Source: Deinococcaceae bacterium (GTDB lineage: Bacteria > Deinococcota > Deinococci > Deinococcales > Trueperaceae). From it: a stretch of 32,351 nt of DNA. The DNA is taken from assembly GCA_040256005.1 (NCBI GenBank), contig JBDZWC010000019.1, positions 1-32,351 on the forward strand, read 5' to 3'. Within the stretch, counting starts at the first letter, position 1. Every line of letters starts with the position of its first letter. Shown here piece after piece: positions 16,615 through 25,768 of this stretch. A program made the position numbers and the translations under genes. The notes under the pieces are model-generated. The model was not told the origin of the DNA. It saw nothing but the letters and a program-made list of their open reading frames with translations, and did no database searches.

Positions 16615-16720
16615 TGTCAGCCAAGATACCAGAATCCCCCCTCCAAACTACAAGAGGTTTTCCACCACGGCGGTGACTTATGCACCTCTCCAGTGGCGCG
16701 ACCGCAGAGAGGGTGCTGCC

Positions 16721-16900
16721 CTACAGCCTCTCGCTCGGGTCCAGCACGGTCTCGAACATCTCGCGAGCACCCAGTTCCATCATCATGAGGCAGTAGTTCT
16801 CGATGTCCAGGTCGTCCGCGGTGCCGTGGATGATGCGGAACTGTAGCCGGGCAGCCTCTCTCTCCAGCTCGGCCGTAGGTACGTGGGCGAAGCTTGCCAT
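16721..16900 (-). CDS. small hypothetical protein (59 aa from ATG 16900)
   Basis: Codons mostly end in G/C like neighbouring genes; fills an otherwise empty gap; imperfect hairpin at 16682-16716 downstream. Confidence 0.65.
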   Translation of the reverse strand: MASFAHVPTAELEREAARLQFRIIHGTADDLDIENYCLMMMELGAREMFETVLDPSERL

Positions 16901-16958
16901 GGCCACATAAGTACTAGGCCGCGTCTTACGAGACCCTTAACCGCCTGTCACCGTGGCC

Positions 16959-17729
16959 TTAGTCGGGCAGCAGCCTCGTGCCCGAGCCGGCGAGGGCGTC
17001 CCTGACGCCGTCCGGGTGCCTTCCGTCGGCGATCGCGGCGAAGGGGGCCCCCTGCTCCAGAGCGAACAGCGCCGCCTCCACCTTGGGGATCATCCCACCG
17101 GCGATACGGCCGTCTGCGATCCGCTCCCTGGCGGACGCCGCCCCGAGCTCCGGGATCAGGCTCTCGGCATCGTCCGGGTCGTCGAGGACGCCGGGGACGT
17201 TCGTGAGGAAGACGGCTCCCTCGCCCAGGGCGCCGGCGATCGCACCGGCAGCCTCGTCGGCGTTCACGTTGAGGCTGGTCCCCGGCCGCCCAGCGGCCAT
17301 CTCCATGCCCACGCTGGCCACGACCGGCACCAGGCCGCCGTCACGCAGGACGCTCAGCACGGTCGTGTCCACCGCCGCGACGCGACCGACGCGCCCCAAC
17401 TCCTCGCCGATCCGCTCGGCGAGGAGGAGACGGGCGTCGCGCCCGGTGAGCGACACGGCCGGCCCGACCTCGTATGCCAGCTCCTTGCCCAGCATCGTGA
17501 GCACGGTCTCCACCACCTCCATCGCGGCGTCGTTAGTCACCCGCAGCCCACGCACGAAGCGGTGCTCGATGCCCTGGGCGTCCAGCGCGGCCGCGATGTT
17601 GGGGCCACCGCCGTGGACGAGGACCGGGGGCACGCCGGCGGAGGCCAGGCCCCGCACCCCGGCGGCCACGGCGGCCCTGGTGTCGCGGTCAGTCATGGCG
17701 TTCCCGCCGTACTTGATGACCAGGCTCAC
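16959..17729 (-). CDS. argB: acetylglutamate kinase
   Basis: VIKYGGNAM, VHGGGP, GLRVT, NVNADEAA, LTNVPGV, GGMIPKV; start GTG 17729 with TAGACT 7 nt upstream. Confidence 0.92.
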   Translation of the reverse strand: MSLVIKYGGNAMTDRDTRAAVAAGVRGLASAGVPPVLVHGGGPNIAAALDAQGIEHRFVRGLRVTNDAAMEVVETVLTMLGKELAYEVGPAVSLTGRDARLLLAERIGEELGRVGRVAAVDTTVLSVLRDGGLVPVVASVGMEMAAGRPGTSLNVNADEAAGAIAGALGEGAVFLTNVPGVLDDPDDAESLIPELGAASARERIADGRIAGGMIPKVEAALFALEQGAPFAAIADGRHPDGVRDALAGSGTRLLPD

Positions 17730-17775
17730 GAGGCGGAGTCTACGACGCGCGTGATAGCCTCTCCCGGCCACACGT

Positions 17776-19212
17776 ATGTCGACGCCAGAGCGCATGGACA
17801 TCAGGTTCGGGACCGACGGTTGGCGCGACCTCATCGCCGACCGTTTCACGTTCGCCAACGTCAGGCGGGCGGCGAGGGCGTACGCCGAGCACCTCAGCGA
17901 GCGCGGTGGCGGCCTCGTGCTGGTGGGGCACGACACGCGCTTCATGGCGCGCGAGTTCGCGCTGCAAGCCGCCGGCGTGCTGGCCGGCCACGGCCTGGAC
18001 GTGCGCGTGAGCGCGGACTACCTACCCACGCCTGCGCTGTCGTTCGCGGTGAAGCGCCACGGCGCCGCCGGCGGGGTCATGATCACGGCGTCGCACAACC
18101 CACCCACCTACGGCGGCTTCAAGCTCAAAGGACCGTACGGCGGCACGGCCACGCAGCAGATCTACGCGGATGTCGCCGCCCGCCTGTCGCAAGCGCCCCA
18201 GGACCCAGGGCCGACGCGGCTCGAGACGTTCGACGTACGCGAGGAGTACTACGCGGCGCTAGCCGGGCTCGTCGACCTCGACCTGATCCGGTCGTCGGGG
18301 CTGCGCGTGGTGCACGACGCCATGGGCGGCGCGGGGGCGGGTTGGCTCGCTCGCTTCGGGAAGCACACCGGCGCCTTCAGGGTCACCGAGGTCCGCGGGC
18401 GCCCCGACCCGCTGTTCCACGGCGTGAACCCCGAGCCCATCGCCGCCAACCTGTCGGCGACGGTGGAGGAGATGGCCGAGGCAGGCGGCCGGCAGGACGC
18501 GCCCGCGTTCGCCGTGGCCACCGACGGCGACGCCGACCGCCTCGGGGCCGTGCTGCCCGGGGGCCGGTACTTCGACTCGCACCAGATCTTCGCGGTGCTG
18601 CTCGACCACCTGCAGAAGCGGGGCGGCAGCGGCAGGGTGGTCAAGACGTTCACGGTCAGCCGCATCGTGGAGCGCCTGGCGGCCCTACGGGGGCTGGAGG
18701 TCGTGGAGACGCCGGTGGGATTCAAGTACATCGTCGACGCGATGCTGGAGGGCTCGGTGCTCATAGGAGGCGAGGAGTCGGGCGGCATCGGGCTCGGGGC
18801 GCACCTGCCGGAGCGCGACGGGATCGCCAACGCCCTGGTCCTGTTGGAGGCCGTGGCCGCCTCGGGCGAGGGGCTCACCGAGGCGTTCGCCAGGCTCGAG
18901 CGCGAGACCGGCTGGCGGCACGCCTACGACCGGCTGGACCTGCACCTTTCCGGCGACGAGTCCCCACAGGCGGTGGTCGAGCGCGTGGCGCAGGGCCGCG
19001 ACGCGTTCGCCGGCTGGTCGGTGGACTCGGTGGAGTACCTCGACGGCCTCAAGTTCAACCTGGCCCGCGCCGGCACCGTCTCGGCCTGGCTGCTGTTCCG
19101 CGCCAGCGGCACCGAGCCGCTGCTGCGGGTCTACTGCGAGGCGCCCCGGACGGCGGACGTCGCGGCGATCCTCGCCGCGGCCGAGCGCCTGGTGCTCGGG
19201 CCCGCCGCCTGA
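17776..19212 (+). CDS. phosphoglucomutase/phosphomannomutase family protein
   Basis: FGTDGWR, ITASHNP, DGDADR, GGEESGG, RASGTEP. Confidence 0.95.
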   Translation: MSTPERMDIRFGTDGWRDLIADRFTFANVRRAARAYAEHLSERGGGLVLVGHDTRFMAREFALQAAGVLAGHGLDVRVSADYLPTPALSFAVKRHGAAGGVMITASHNPPTYGGFKLKGPYGGTATQQIYADVAARLSQAPQDPGPTRLETFDVREEYYAALAGLVDLDLIRSSGLRVVHDAMGGAGAGWLARFGKHTGAFRVTEVRGRPDPLFHGVNPEPIAANLSATVEEMAEAGGRQDAPAFAVATDGDADRLGAVLPGGRYFDSHQIFAVLLDHLQKRGGSGRVVKTFTVSRIVERLAALRGLEVVETPVGFKYIVDAMLEGSVLIGGEESGGIGLGAHLPERDGIANALVLLEAVAASGEGLTEAFARLERETGWRHAYDRLDLHLSGDESPQAVVERVAQGRDAFAGWSVDSVEYLDGLKFNLARAGTVSAWLLFRASGTEPLLRVYCEAPRTADVAAILAAAERLVLGPAA

Positions 19213-19219
19213 AAAGCGC

Positions 19220-20302
19220 CTACAGCGTGATCAGTTCCTTGGGGCTGTGGGAGAGCACCTCGTGGCCATCCTCGGTCACGAGCACCAGGTCCTCGATGCG
19301 CAGTCCCGTGAAGCCTAGGACGTAGACGCCGGGCTCGACCGTCACGATCATGCCGGGCTCCAGCACGTCATCGGAGCGCTGCGAGAGGCGTGGTCCCTCG
19401 TGTATCTGCAGACCCGTACCGTGGCCGAGGCTGTGCGGGAAGTGCTTGGCCAGGCCCTGTTCGGCCAGGTAGTCGCGGGCGACGGCGTCTACCTCGCGGC
19501 CCGTCTTGCCGGGCGCCACGGCTGCGGCGCCCCGCTCCTGGGCACCCAGCACGGCGTCGTACAGCCGCCTCTCCTCGTCACCCACCGGCCCGACCGCGAC
19601 CGTGCGCGTCATGTCGGCGTGGTAGCCGCGGTAGCGGGCGCCGAAGTCCATCGTGACCAGCTCACCGGCCGCGAGCTTCTTCTGCGAGGCCGTGCCGTGA
19701 GGCATGGCGCCGCGGATGCCCGAGGCGACGATGATGTCGAAGGCGGCCCGGTCGGCGCCGGCGAGGACCATCGAGCGCTCCAGCTCGAGAGCTACCTCCG
19801 CCTCGGATACACCCGGCTTGATGAACTCGAGGACCGCCGCGAACGCGGCGTCGGTGATCCTGGCGGCCTCGCGCAGCAGCTCGACCTCGTCGGGACGCTT
19901 GACCAGGCGCAGCTCGGCGACCACCTCCTCCAGCGGTTGGGGGTCGGCCCCGAGCTTCTCGGCCAGCTCGCGGTGGCGCTTGAGGGTGAGGTGCTCGGCC
20001 TCGACGCCGAGCCGCAGACCCTTGGCCAGCTCGGCTACGCGGTCCGCGGCGTTGCTGACGATCTCGAACGGCAGCAGCGACTCGTCCTCGGCCTGTGCCG
20101 TGTAGCGGCCGTCCGTGAGCATGACGGCCTCGTCCCGGAGCACGAGCACGGAGGCGTCCTCGGGGCTGGAGAAGCCGGAGAGGTAGCGGACGTTGGGTGG
20201 GTAGGTCACGAGGAGCGCGTCCACGCCGCGTTGCCGCAGGGCGGACCTGACGGCGTCCAGCGTGGCGTCGACGTGCGACTTGGAGGGTGCGGTCACTGTC
20301 AT
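19220..20302 (-). CDS. Xaa-Pro aminopeptidase/prolidase (M24B)
   Basis: TDGRY, MDFGA..YHADMTRT, HSLGHGTGLQIHE, VEPGVY, RIEDLV; start overlaps the tpiA stop. Confidence 0.95.
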   Translation of the reverse strand: MTVTAPSKSHVDATLDAVRSALRQRGVDALLVTYPPNVRYLSGFSSPEDASVLVLRDEAVMLTDGRYTAQAEDESLLPFEIVSNAADRVAELAKGLRLGVEAEHLTLKRHRELAEKLGADPQPLEEVVAELRLVKRPDEVELLREAARITDAAFAAVLEFIKPGVSEAEVALELERSMVLAGADRAAFDIIVASGIRGAMPHGTASQKKLAAGELVTMDFGARYRGYHADMTRTVAVGPVGDEERRLYDAVLGAQERGAAAVAPGKTGREVDAVARDYLAEQGLAKHFPHSLGHGTGLQIHEGPRLSQRSDDVLEPGMIVTVEPGVYVLGFTGLRIEDLVLVTEDGHEVLSHSPKELITL

Positions 20303-21093
20303 GTGCTCTCCTCTTGGGTGTCCAGGCCGGCCCGACGGTTGGCGCTGCCCATGATGCTAAGGAGGTCCGTGGCGACGAGGCTGGCGCCGCCGATGAGGCC
20401 GCCGTCGACGTCCGGCTGAGCGAGCAGCTCGGCGGCGTTGTCCGGCTTCATGCTGCCGCCGTACAGCACCCTGATCCCGTCCCCGCCCGGCAGCAGGCGG
20501 GCGAGCTCCGCACGGACGGCCGCGCACATCTCCTGGGCGTCCGCCGCGGTGGCGGTAAGCCCCGTGCCGATCGCCCAGACCGGCTCGTATGCGACCACCA
20601 GGTCGCCCGCGCCACCCACCCTGACGCCGTCCAAGGCCCCGCGCAGCTGACCGAGGACCACGGCGGCGGCAGCGCCCGCGTCCCGCTGCTCGCGGCTCTC
20701 ACCCACGCACAGGATGGGGGTGAGGCCCTCCTCCAGCGCGCGGCCCAGCTTGGCCCGGACCGTCGCGTCGTCCTCGGCATGGTACTGGCGCCGCTCGGAG
20801 TGGCCCACGACCGCGTAGCCGGCCCCGGTGTCCTTGACCATGGCAGCGGACACCTCACCGGTGTAGGCGCCCTCCTCGTGCCGCGAGACGTCCTGGGATC
20901 CCAGGCCCAGCGGCGTGCCGAACGTCAGGCGTGCCATGCCTGGCAGGTGCGTGAACGGCACCATGAGCGCCACGTCGCATGCCAGCGGCTCCAGCGCTGC
21001 CAGCTCCGCCAGGAACTCCCGCGTCCACGAGGCCGCCTCGGAGGGCGTCTTGTGCATCTTCCAGTTGCCGGCGATGAGCGGCCTGCGGGTCAT
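20299..21093 (-). CDS. tpiA: triosephosphate isomerase
   Basis: AGNWKM, GHSERR, AYEPVWAIGTG, YGGS, GGASL; ATG 21093 with TATCTT 6 nt upstream. Confidence 0.97.
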   Translation of the reverse strand: MTRRPLIAGNWKMHKTPSEAASWTREFLAELAALEPLACDVALMVPFTHLPGMARLTFGTPLGLGSQDVSRHEEGAYTGEVSAAMVKDTGAGYAVVGHSERRQYHAEDDATVRAKLGRALEEGLTPILCVGESREQRDAGAAAAVVLGQLRGALDGVRVGGAGDLVVAYEPVWAIGTGLTATAADAQEMCAAVRAELARLLPGGDGIRVLYGGSMKPDNAAELLAQPDVDGGLIGGASLVATDLLSIMGSANRRAGLDTQEEST

Positions 21094-21156
21094 CGGGCCA
21101 AGATACCGCGCCACCGCTGGCGGTCAGGCGCCCCCAGGGCGAACGGGCGCGTGGCG

Positions 21157-22263
21157 TCAGGTGACATCCACGCTCTCGCCCAGCACGTCACGCACGTAGA
21201 GCAGCTTGACCAGCGCCAACAGGACGGCCAGGAGCGGAGTGGCGATGAGCAGGCCGACGGGTCCGAAGACCGCTCCGGCTACGAACACGGCCGTGATCGT
21301 CAGAGCCGGCGGCAGGTCGACGGTGCGCTGCTGGATGAGGGGCGCCACGAGGTTGCCCTGGAAGAGCTGGACGGCGAGGAACAGCACCACCACCCAGAGC
21401 AGGTGCGACGCGCTGAGCGACAGGGCGACGAGGGCGGCGATAGAGAACCCGACCAGAGGGCCGAAGATGGGGATCAGCTCCGCCAGCCCGGCGATCAGTC
21501 CCAGCACGAGGGTCAGCGGCACACCGATCAGCGACAGGCCCAGCCAGGTCACCAGACCGACGAAGGTGATCGAGGCCAGCTGGCCCAGCACCCAGCCACG
21601 CAGCGCGCGGTAGGCCGCCGCGATGGCCTCCGCCGCCCTGGTGCGGCGACCGGGCGGTATCAGCTTCATCAGGCCGTCGCGGTAACGTCGTGGACCCGAC
21701 GCCAGGAACAGGCCGAGGAAGACCACGAAGATCGCCTTGGTGATGACGTTGCCCAGGGCGGTCGCGGTGCCCGTGACGGTGGATATCACGCCAGCACCAG
21801 GCGACACGGCCTCGGCCTCGCCGGCCAGCCGGTCCAGCAGCCATGCCCCCACGGGCACCGAGCCGACGGCCTCCAGCAGCTCCTCGACGCTGTTGGGCAG
21901 GCGTTCGGCCAGCTGGACGACCTGCTCGCTCACGCTCGGGCCGAGGAGCCAGATGCCACCGGTGACGAGCACGAAGAGGAGCACGACGTACGCGGCAAGC
22001 GCACCGCCGTATGGCAGTCGCGCGCGACGCGAAGCGAACTTGGCGGGCGCGTGCAGGAAGACCGCGACGAGCAGCCCGGCGAAGGCCAGGAGAACCACCT
22101 CCCGGGCGTTCCAGGCGATGAGGGCCGTCACGGCCGCGAGCGCGACGAGCCCGATGACGGTCAGGGTCCGGCGTACGAACGGGCCCACGCCTCCGCCGGG
22201 CGGCGACACGGGTGCCCGCTCGGTAGTTGGCGTCACACTTACCCGCGTGGCCTGCGGGGGCAT
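21157..22263 (-). CDS. AI-2E (PerM/TqsA) family transporter
   Basis: Multi-TM; LRGWVLGQL, LIAGLAELIPIFGP, QLFQGNLVAPLI, FGPVGLLIATPL; TATCGT 6 nt upstream of ATG 22263. Confidence 0.92.
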   Translation of the reverse strand: MPPQATRVSVTPTTERAPVSPPGGGVGPFVRRTLTVIGLVALAAVTALIAWNAREVVLLAFAGLLVAVFLHAPAKFASRRARLPYGGALAAYVVLLFVLVTGGIWLLGPSVSEQVVQLAERLPNSVEELLEAVGSVPVGAWLLDRLAGEAEAVSPGAGVISTVTGTATALGNVITKAIFVVFLGLFLASGPRRYRDGLMKLIPPGRRTRAAEAIAAAYRALRGWVLGQLASITFVGLVTWLGLSLIGVPLTLVLGLIAGLAELIPIFGPLVGFSIAALVALSLSASHLLWVVVLFLAVQLFQGNLVAPLIQQRTVDLPPALTITAVFVAGAVFGPVGLLIATPLLAVLLALVKLLYVRDVLGESVDVT

Positions 22264-22319
22264 GCCGGCACGATAGACGGGCCGCGCTCCGAGCCGTTGC
22301 TGGTCAGACGACCTGGCGC

Positions 22320-22889
22320 TTACTTGTCGGACAGGAACTCACGCACGCGTCTCAGCACGAGGTCCGTCGCCACGTCGTCGAAGGCGGGCAGCGAGCTGTC
22401 TGTGAACAGGTGCTCGTCGCCCGGGTAGAGGAAGAGCTCGCCGTGGTCGGCCTGTGCCACCACATCCTGGGCGGCCTCCAGGTCCTCGACGAAGAACGGG
22501 TCTTCCTCCATGGCATGGACCTGGACCGGGACGCCGGCCGGCCAGCCGCCGAACTCGGAGGCGGGAAGGGAACCGTGTAGGAGCAGCGCCCCGCGTGCGC
22601 CCGGCCTCGTCTGCGCCAACTGCTGGGCGCCGCCCACCCCCATCGACATGCCGGCGTACACCAGGTCCTGCGACAGCGCCTCGGCCTCGCGGACGGCGCG
22701 TGCGCCTATCTCCCGGAAGCCGACCTCGCGCAGGTGGCTCATGCCGGCTTCTATGTCCAGGAAAGTGCGCCCGCCACCGAACAGGTCCGGAGTGTGGACC
22801 GTGTGACCCTCGGCCCGCAGCCGGTCGGCGAAGGCGCGCACGCCGGGGGTGAGCCCCTGGACGTGGTGGAACAGCAGTACCTCGGCCAT
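22320..22889 (-). CDS. dienelactone hydrolase family alpha/beta hydrolase
   Basis: LFHHVQGLT, HTPDLF, GMSMG nucleophile elbow, EDPF, YPGDEHLF; GGAGAGG RBS before ATG 22889. Confidence 0.9.
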   Translation of the reverse strand: MAEVLLFHHVQGLTPGVRAFADRLRAEGHTVHTPDLFGGGRTFLDIEAGMSHLREVGFREIGARAVREAEALSQDLVYAGMSMGVGGAQQLAQTRPGARGALLLHGSLPASEFGGWPAGVPVQVHAMEEDPFFVEDLEAAQDVVAQADHGELFLYPGDEHLFTDSSLPAFDDVATDLVLRRVREFLSDK

Positions 22890-22963
22890 ACCTACGACCT
22901 CTCCAACCCGCCCCAGGGAGCCGCAGGCTAGCAGGTTCGCGACCTGTCCCCGGTCAGCGCCCG

Positions 22964-23002
22964 ACAACGAGAAGCGGAGCGGCCCGCTGAGGGCCGCTCC
23001 GC
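22964..23002 (-). terminator. intrinsic terminator of lon
   Basis: 12-bp perfect stem GCGGAGCGGCCC/GGGCCGCTCCGC (22974-23002), followed on the minus strand by TTCTCGTTGT. Confidence 0.75.
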
Positions 23003-23030
23003 CAGGTGGTTGGGTGTGAGTCTAGCGGCT

Positions 23031-25496
23031 CTAGGCCACCACGCCGGCCTCGTCCTTGCGCCGCTGGCGCGGGCGCCGCTTGCCGTCGCCCTCGAACTGC
23101 AGGCCGCGCGCTTCGAGCTCCTCGAGCCCGCCAACGAGCGCCACGTCGAGCGCCTCGTCGATGTCCGACACCGGGTGCAGCTCCAGGGAGCGCAGCAGGT
23201 GCGAGGCGATGTCCTTCATGTCTGCCTCGTTCTTCTCCGGGAAGACGATGTGCTTGATGCCGGCCCGCTTGGCGCCGAGGATCTTCTCCTTCAGGCCGCC
23301 GATGGGCAGGGCCCGACCGCGCAGCGTGATCTCGCCCGTCATGGCGACGTCCTTGCGGACAGGCGTGCTGGTGAGCGCGCTGATGAGCGAGGTGGCGAGC
23401 GCTAGGCCCGCGCTGGGGCCTTCCTTCGGCGTCGCTCCGGCCGGCACGTGGATGTGGATCTCGCGCTCCTCGAGGTCCTTGGTCGAGATGCCGAAGCGCT
23501 GGGCGTTGGACTTGGCGTACGTCAGCGCGGCTCGCGCCGACTCCTTCATGACGTCGCCCAACTGGCCCGTGAGTACCAGGCCACCCTTACCCGGGGTGAT
23601 CGAGGTCTCGACGAAGAGGATGTCCCCGCCCACGGGCGTGAAGTACATGCCGGTCGCGACGCCAACCAGGTCGTCGTCGGCCTCGGACTCGGGCGTGAAG
23701 CGCTGGGCGCCCAGGTACTGCTCGAGGCTGCGCTCGGTGATGCGGACCCGCTTGGCCTCGCCCTCGGCGATGCGCCTGGCGGCCTTGCGGGCCAGGGTGC
23801 CGATGAGGCGCTCGAGGTTGCGCACCCCGGCCTCGCGCGTGTACGAGGTGATGACCCGGCTGATGGCGCCGTCGGTGATGTTCACCTGGTTGGGCTTCAG
23901 GCCGTTCTCGTCCAACTGACGGGGCAACAGGTAGCGCTTGGCGATCTCGAGCTTCTCCTGCTCGATGTAGCTGGAGAACTCGATGGTCTCCATGCGGTCG
24001 TAGAGCGCCTCGGGGATCTGGTGAGCGTAGTTCGCCGTGGCGACGAACAGTACCTCGGAGAGGTCGAACGGCACGCCCAGGTAGTGGTCCACGAAGTTGG
24101 CGTTCTGCGCCGGGTCGAGGACCTCCAGCAGCGCCGAGGAGGGGTCGCCCTGGAAGGACGCGCCCAGCTTGTCGACCTCGTCGAGCAGGAAGACGGGGTT
24201 CTTGGCGCCCGCCTGCCTGATGCCCTGGATGATGCGGCCCGGCATGGAGCCGATGTAGGTGCGCCGGTGGCCGCGGATGTCGGACTCGTCACGGGCGCCG
24301 CCCAGGCTGATGCGCACGTACTCGCGGCCCAGCGCCTTGGCGATGGACTGGGCGATGCTCGTCTTGCCGACGCCGGGAGGGCCGGCGAAGAGCAGGATGG
24401 GGCCCTTGTTGATCTCGAAGGCGTCCAGCTCGCCGTCGGCCGCCCGCTCGGCCTTGAGCTTGCGGACGGACAGGTACTCGAGCACGCGGTCCTTGACCTT
24501 CTCGAGCCCGTAGTGGTCCTCGTCGAGGATGCGCGCCGCCTCGGAGAGGTCCAGCCGGTCCTCGGTACGAACGTTCCACGGCAGCTCGACGATGGTGGTG
24601 AGGTAGGTGCGGATCACCGAGGCCTCGGCCGAGTCTGGGTGCATGCGGGCCAGACGGTTGAGCTCCCGCTGCGCCTCCTTCATGACGACCTCGGGCAGGT
24701 CGAGCGCCTCGAGCTTCTCCCTGAACGCCTCGACCTCGTCCTCCTCGTCGTCGGAGCCGGACAGCTCCTTCTGGAGGGCCTTGATCTGCTCGCGGAGGAA
24801 GAACTCGCGCTGGTTGCGGTCTATCTCGTCCTTGACCTCGCGCTGGAGGCGACGCTGGGTCTCCTGCAGCTCGATCTCGGTGTCGATGAGGATGAGCACC
24901 TTACGCAGGCGGTCGGTCACCGTGGGGGACTCGAGCACGGCCTGCTTGTCGGCCAGCTTGAAGTCCAGGTGGTAGGCCACGTAGTCAGCGAACTGACCCG
25001 GGTCCTCGAGGTTGAGGACGAACTGGGCCACCTCGCTCTGGACCGAGCGGCTGCCGGACTCCACGAGGTCCTTGAACTTCTCGCGCAGCTCGCGGAAGGT
25101 CGCGACGAGCTCCACCTCGTCACCGTCGGGGACGTCGATGGCGGACACCTCGGCCTCGATGAGACCGTCCTCGTGCTGGTACTCGTGGATCTTCACGCGG
25201 GCGAAGGCCCTGACGAGCATCTGGATCGTGCCGTCTGGGTTCTTCTTCATCCGCATGATGTTGCAGGCGGTACCGGTCTGGTAAAGGTCCTCGGGCGTGG
25301 GCTCCTCGACCTCGCGGTCCTTCTGGCTGACGATGACGATGGTGCGGTCGCGGTCGAGAGCGGCGTTGATGGCCTTGATGCTGATCGGCCGGCCTGCGTC
25401 GATCGGCATGACCATCGTGGGGTACAGCACCGAGCCGCGGACCGGGCAGACCGGTACGGGCTGTTGGAACTCGTGGTTGGTGCTTGGCTCGGCCAT
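23031..25496 (-). CDS. lon: ATP-dependent Lon protease (LonA)
   Basis: LON N-domain, [33 protein letters not shown] (catalytic Ser), IGGLKEK; ATG 25496 after AGGTGA, with GTG 25505 as alternative. Confidence 0.98.
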   Translation of the reverse strand: MAEPSTNHEFQQPVPVCPVRGSVLYPTMVMPIDAGRPISIKAINAALDRDRTIVIVSQKDREVEEPTPEDLYQTGTACNIMRMKKNPDGTIQMLVRAFARVKIHEYQHEDGLIEAEVSAIDVPDGDEVELVATFRELREKFKDLVESGSRSVQSEVAQFVLNLEDPGQFADYVAYHLDFKLADKQAVLESPTVTDRLRKVLILIDTEIELQETQRRLQREVKDEIDRNQREFFLREQIKALQKELSGSDDEEDEVEAFREKLEALDLPEVVMKEAQRELNRLARMHPDSAEASVIRTYLTTIVELPWNVRTEDRLDLSEAARILDEDHYGLEKVKDRVLEYLSVRKLKAERAADGELDAFEINKGPILLFAGPPGVGKTSIAQSIAKALGREYVRISLGGARDESDIRGHRRTYIGSMPGRIIQGIRQAGAKNPVFLLDEVDKLGASFQGDPSSALLEVLDPAQNANFVDHYLGVPFDLSEVLFVATANYAHQIPEALYDRMETIEFSSYIEQEKLEIAKRYLLPRQLDENGLKPNQVNITDGAISRVITSYTREAGVRNLERLIGTLARKAARRIAEGEAKRVRITERSLEQYLGAQRFTPESEADDDLVGVATGMYFTPVGGDILFVETSITPGKGGLVLTGQLGDVMKESARAALTYAKSNAQRFGISTKDLEEREIHIHVPAGATPKEGPSAGLALATSLISALTSTPVRKDVAMTGEITLRGRALPIGGLKEKILGAKRAGIKHIVFPEKNEADMKDIASHLLRSLELHPVSDIDEALDVALVGGLEELEARGLQFEGDGKRRPRQRRKDEAGVVA

Positions 25497-25585
25497 TATG
25501 GTCACCTAGCCTATCTGAAGGGGCTGTGGCGGAAAGTGGCTTTCCGGCGTGTTCGGGCCGCCCGAAGGCGCCGGAGCCTGATGGA

Positions 25586-25635
25586 CTTGAGTCAACATTG
25601 CTCAAGTTTACTAAATAGAGTGCACTAAAGTCACG
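25586..25635 (-). promoter_or_regulatory. tandem HAIR (HspR operator) overlapping the lon promoter
   Basis: CTTGAGT-N7-GCTCAAG (25586-25606, one mismatch to CTTGAGT-N7-ACTCAAG) and degenerate ATAGAGT-N7-AGTCACG (25615-25635); minus-strand GTGACT-18 bp-TAAACT promoter lies within. Confidence 0.85.
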
Positions 25636-25768
25636 CGGCGGCTGACCATGCGCCGCGACCGGTTGGGACGGGTCCGCGCGACGGGCCCCACGGTGGCCCT
25701 GGGGGCACGCCACGAGCCTTCCACGCGGCTTTCGAAGGCTATCACCCCCCGTGGTAACTTGTCGCGTC

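Noticed and set aside
16959..17729. LysZ (LysW-pathway kinase) instead of ArgB
   Set aside because: KYGGNAM and GGMIPKV fit ArgB, and no lysW/lysX/lysY genes are adjacent
16953..22428. 790-aa and 713-aa plus-strand ORFs
   Set aside because: Low-information off-frame or antisense ORFs overlapping argB, the phosphohexomutase, tpiA and the AI-2E gene
23448..25628. 726-aa plus-strand ORF
   Set aside because: Antisense shadow of lon caused by high-GC codon bias; no recognisable motifs
25640..25768. T-box leader for argS
   Set aside because: No T-box consensus or terminator; a -10 element sits 8 nt from the ATG, implying little or no leader
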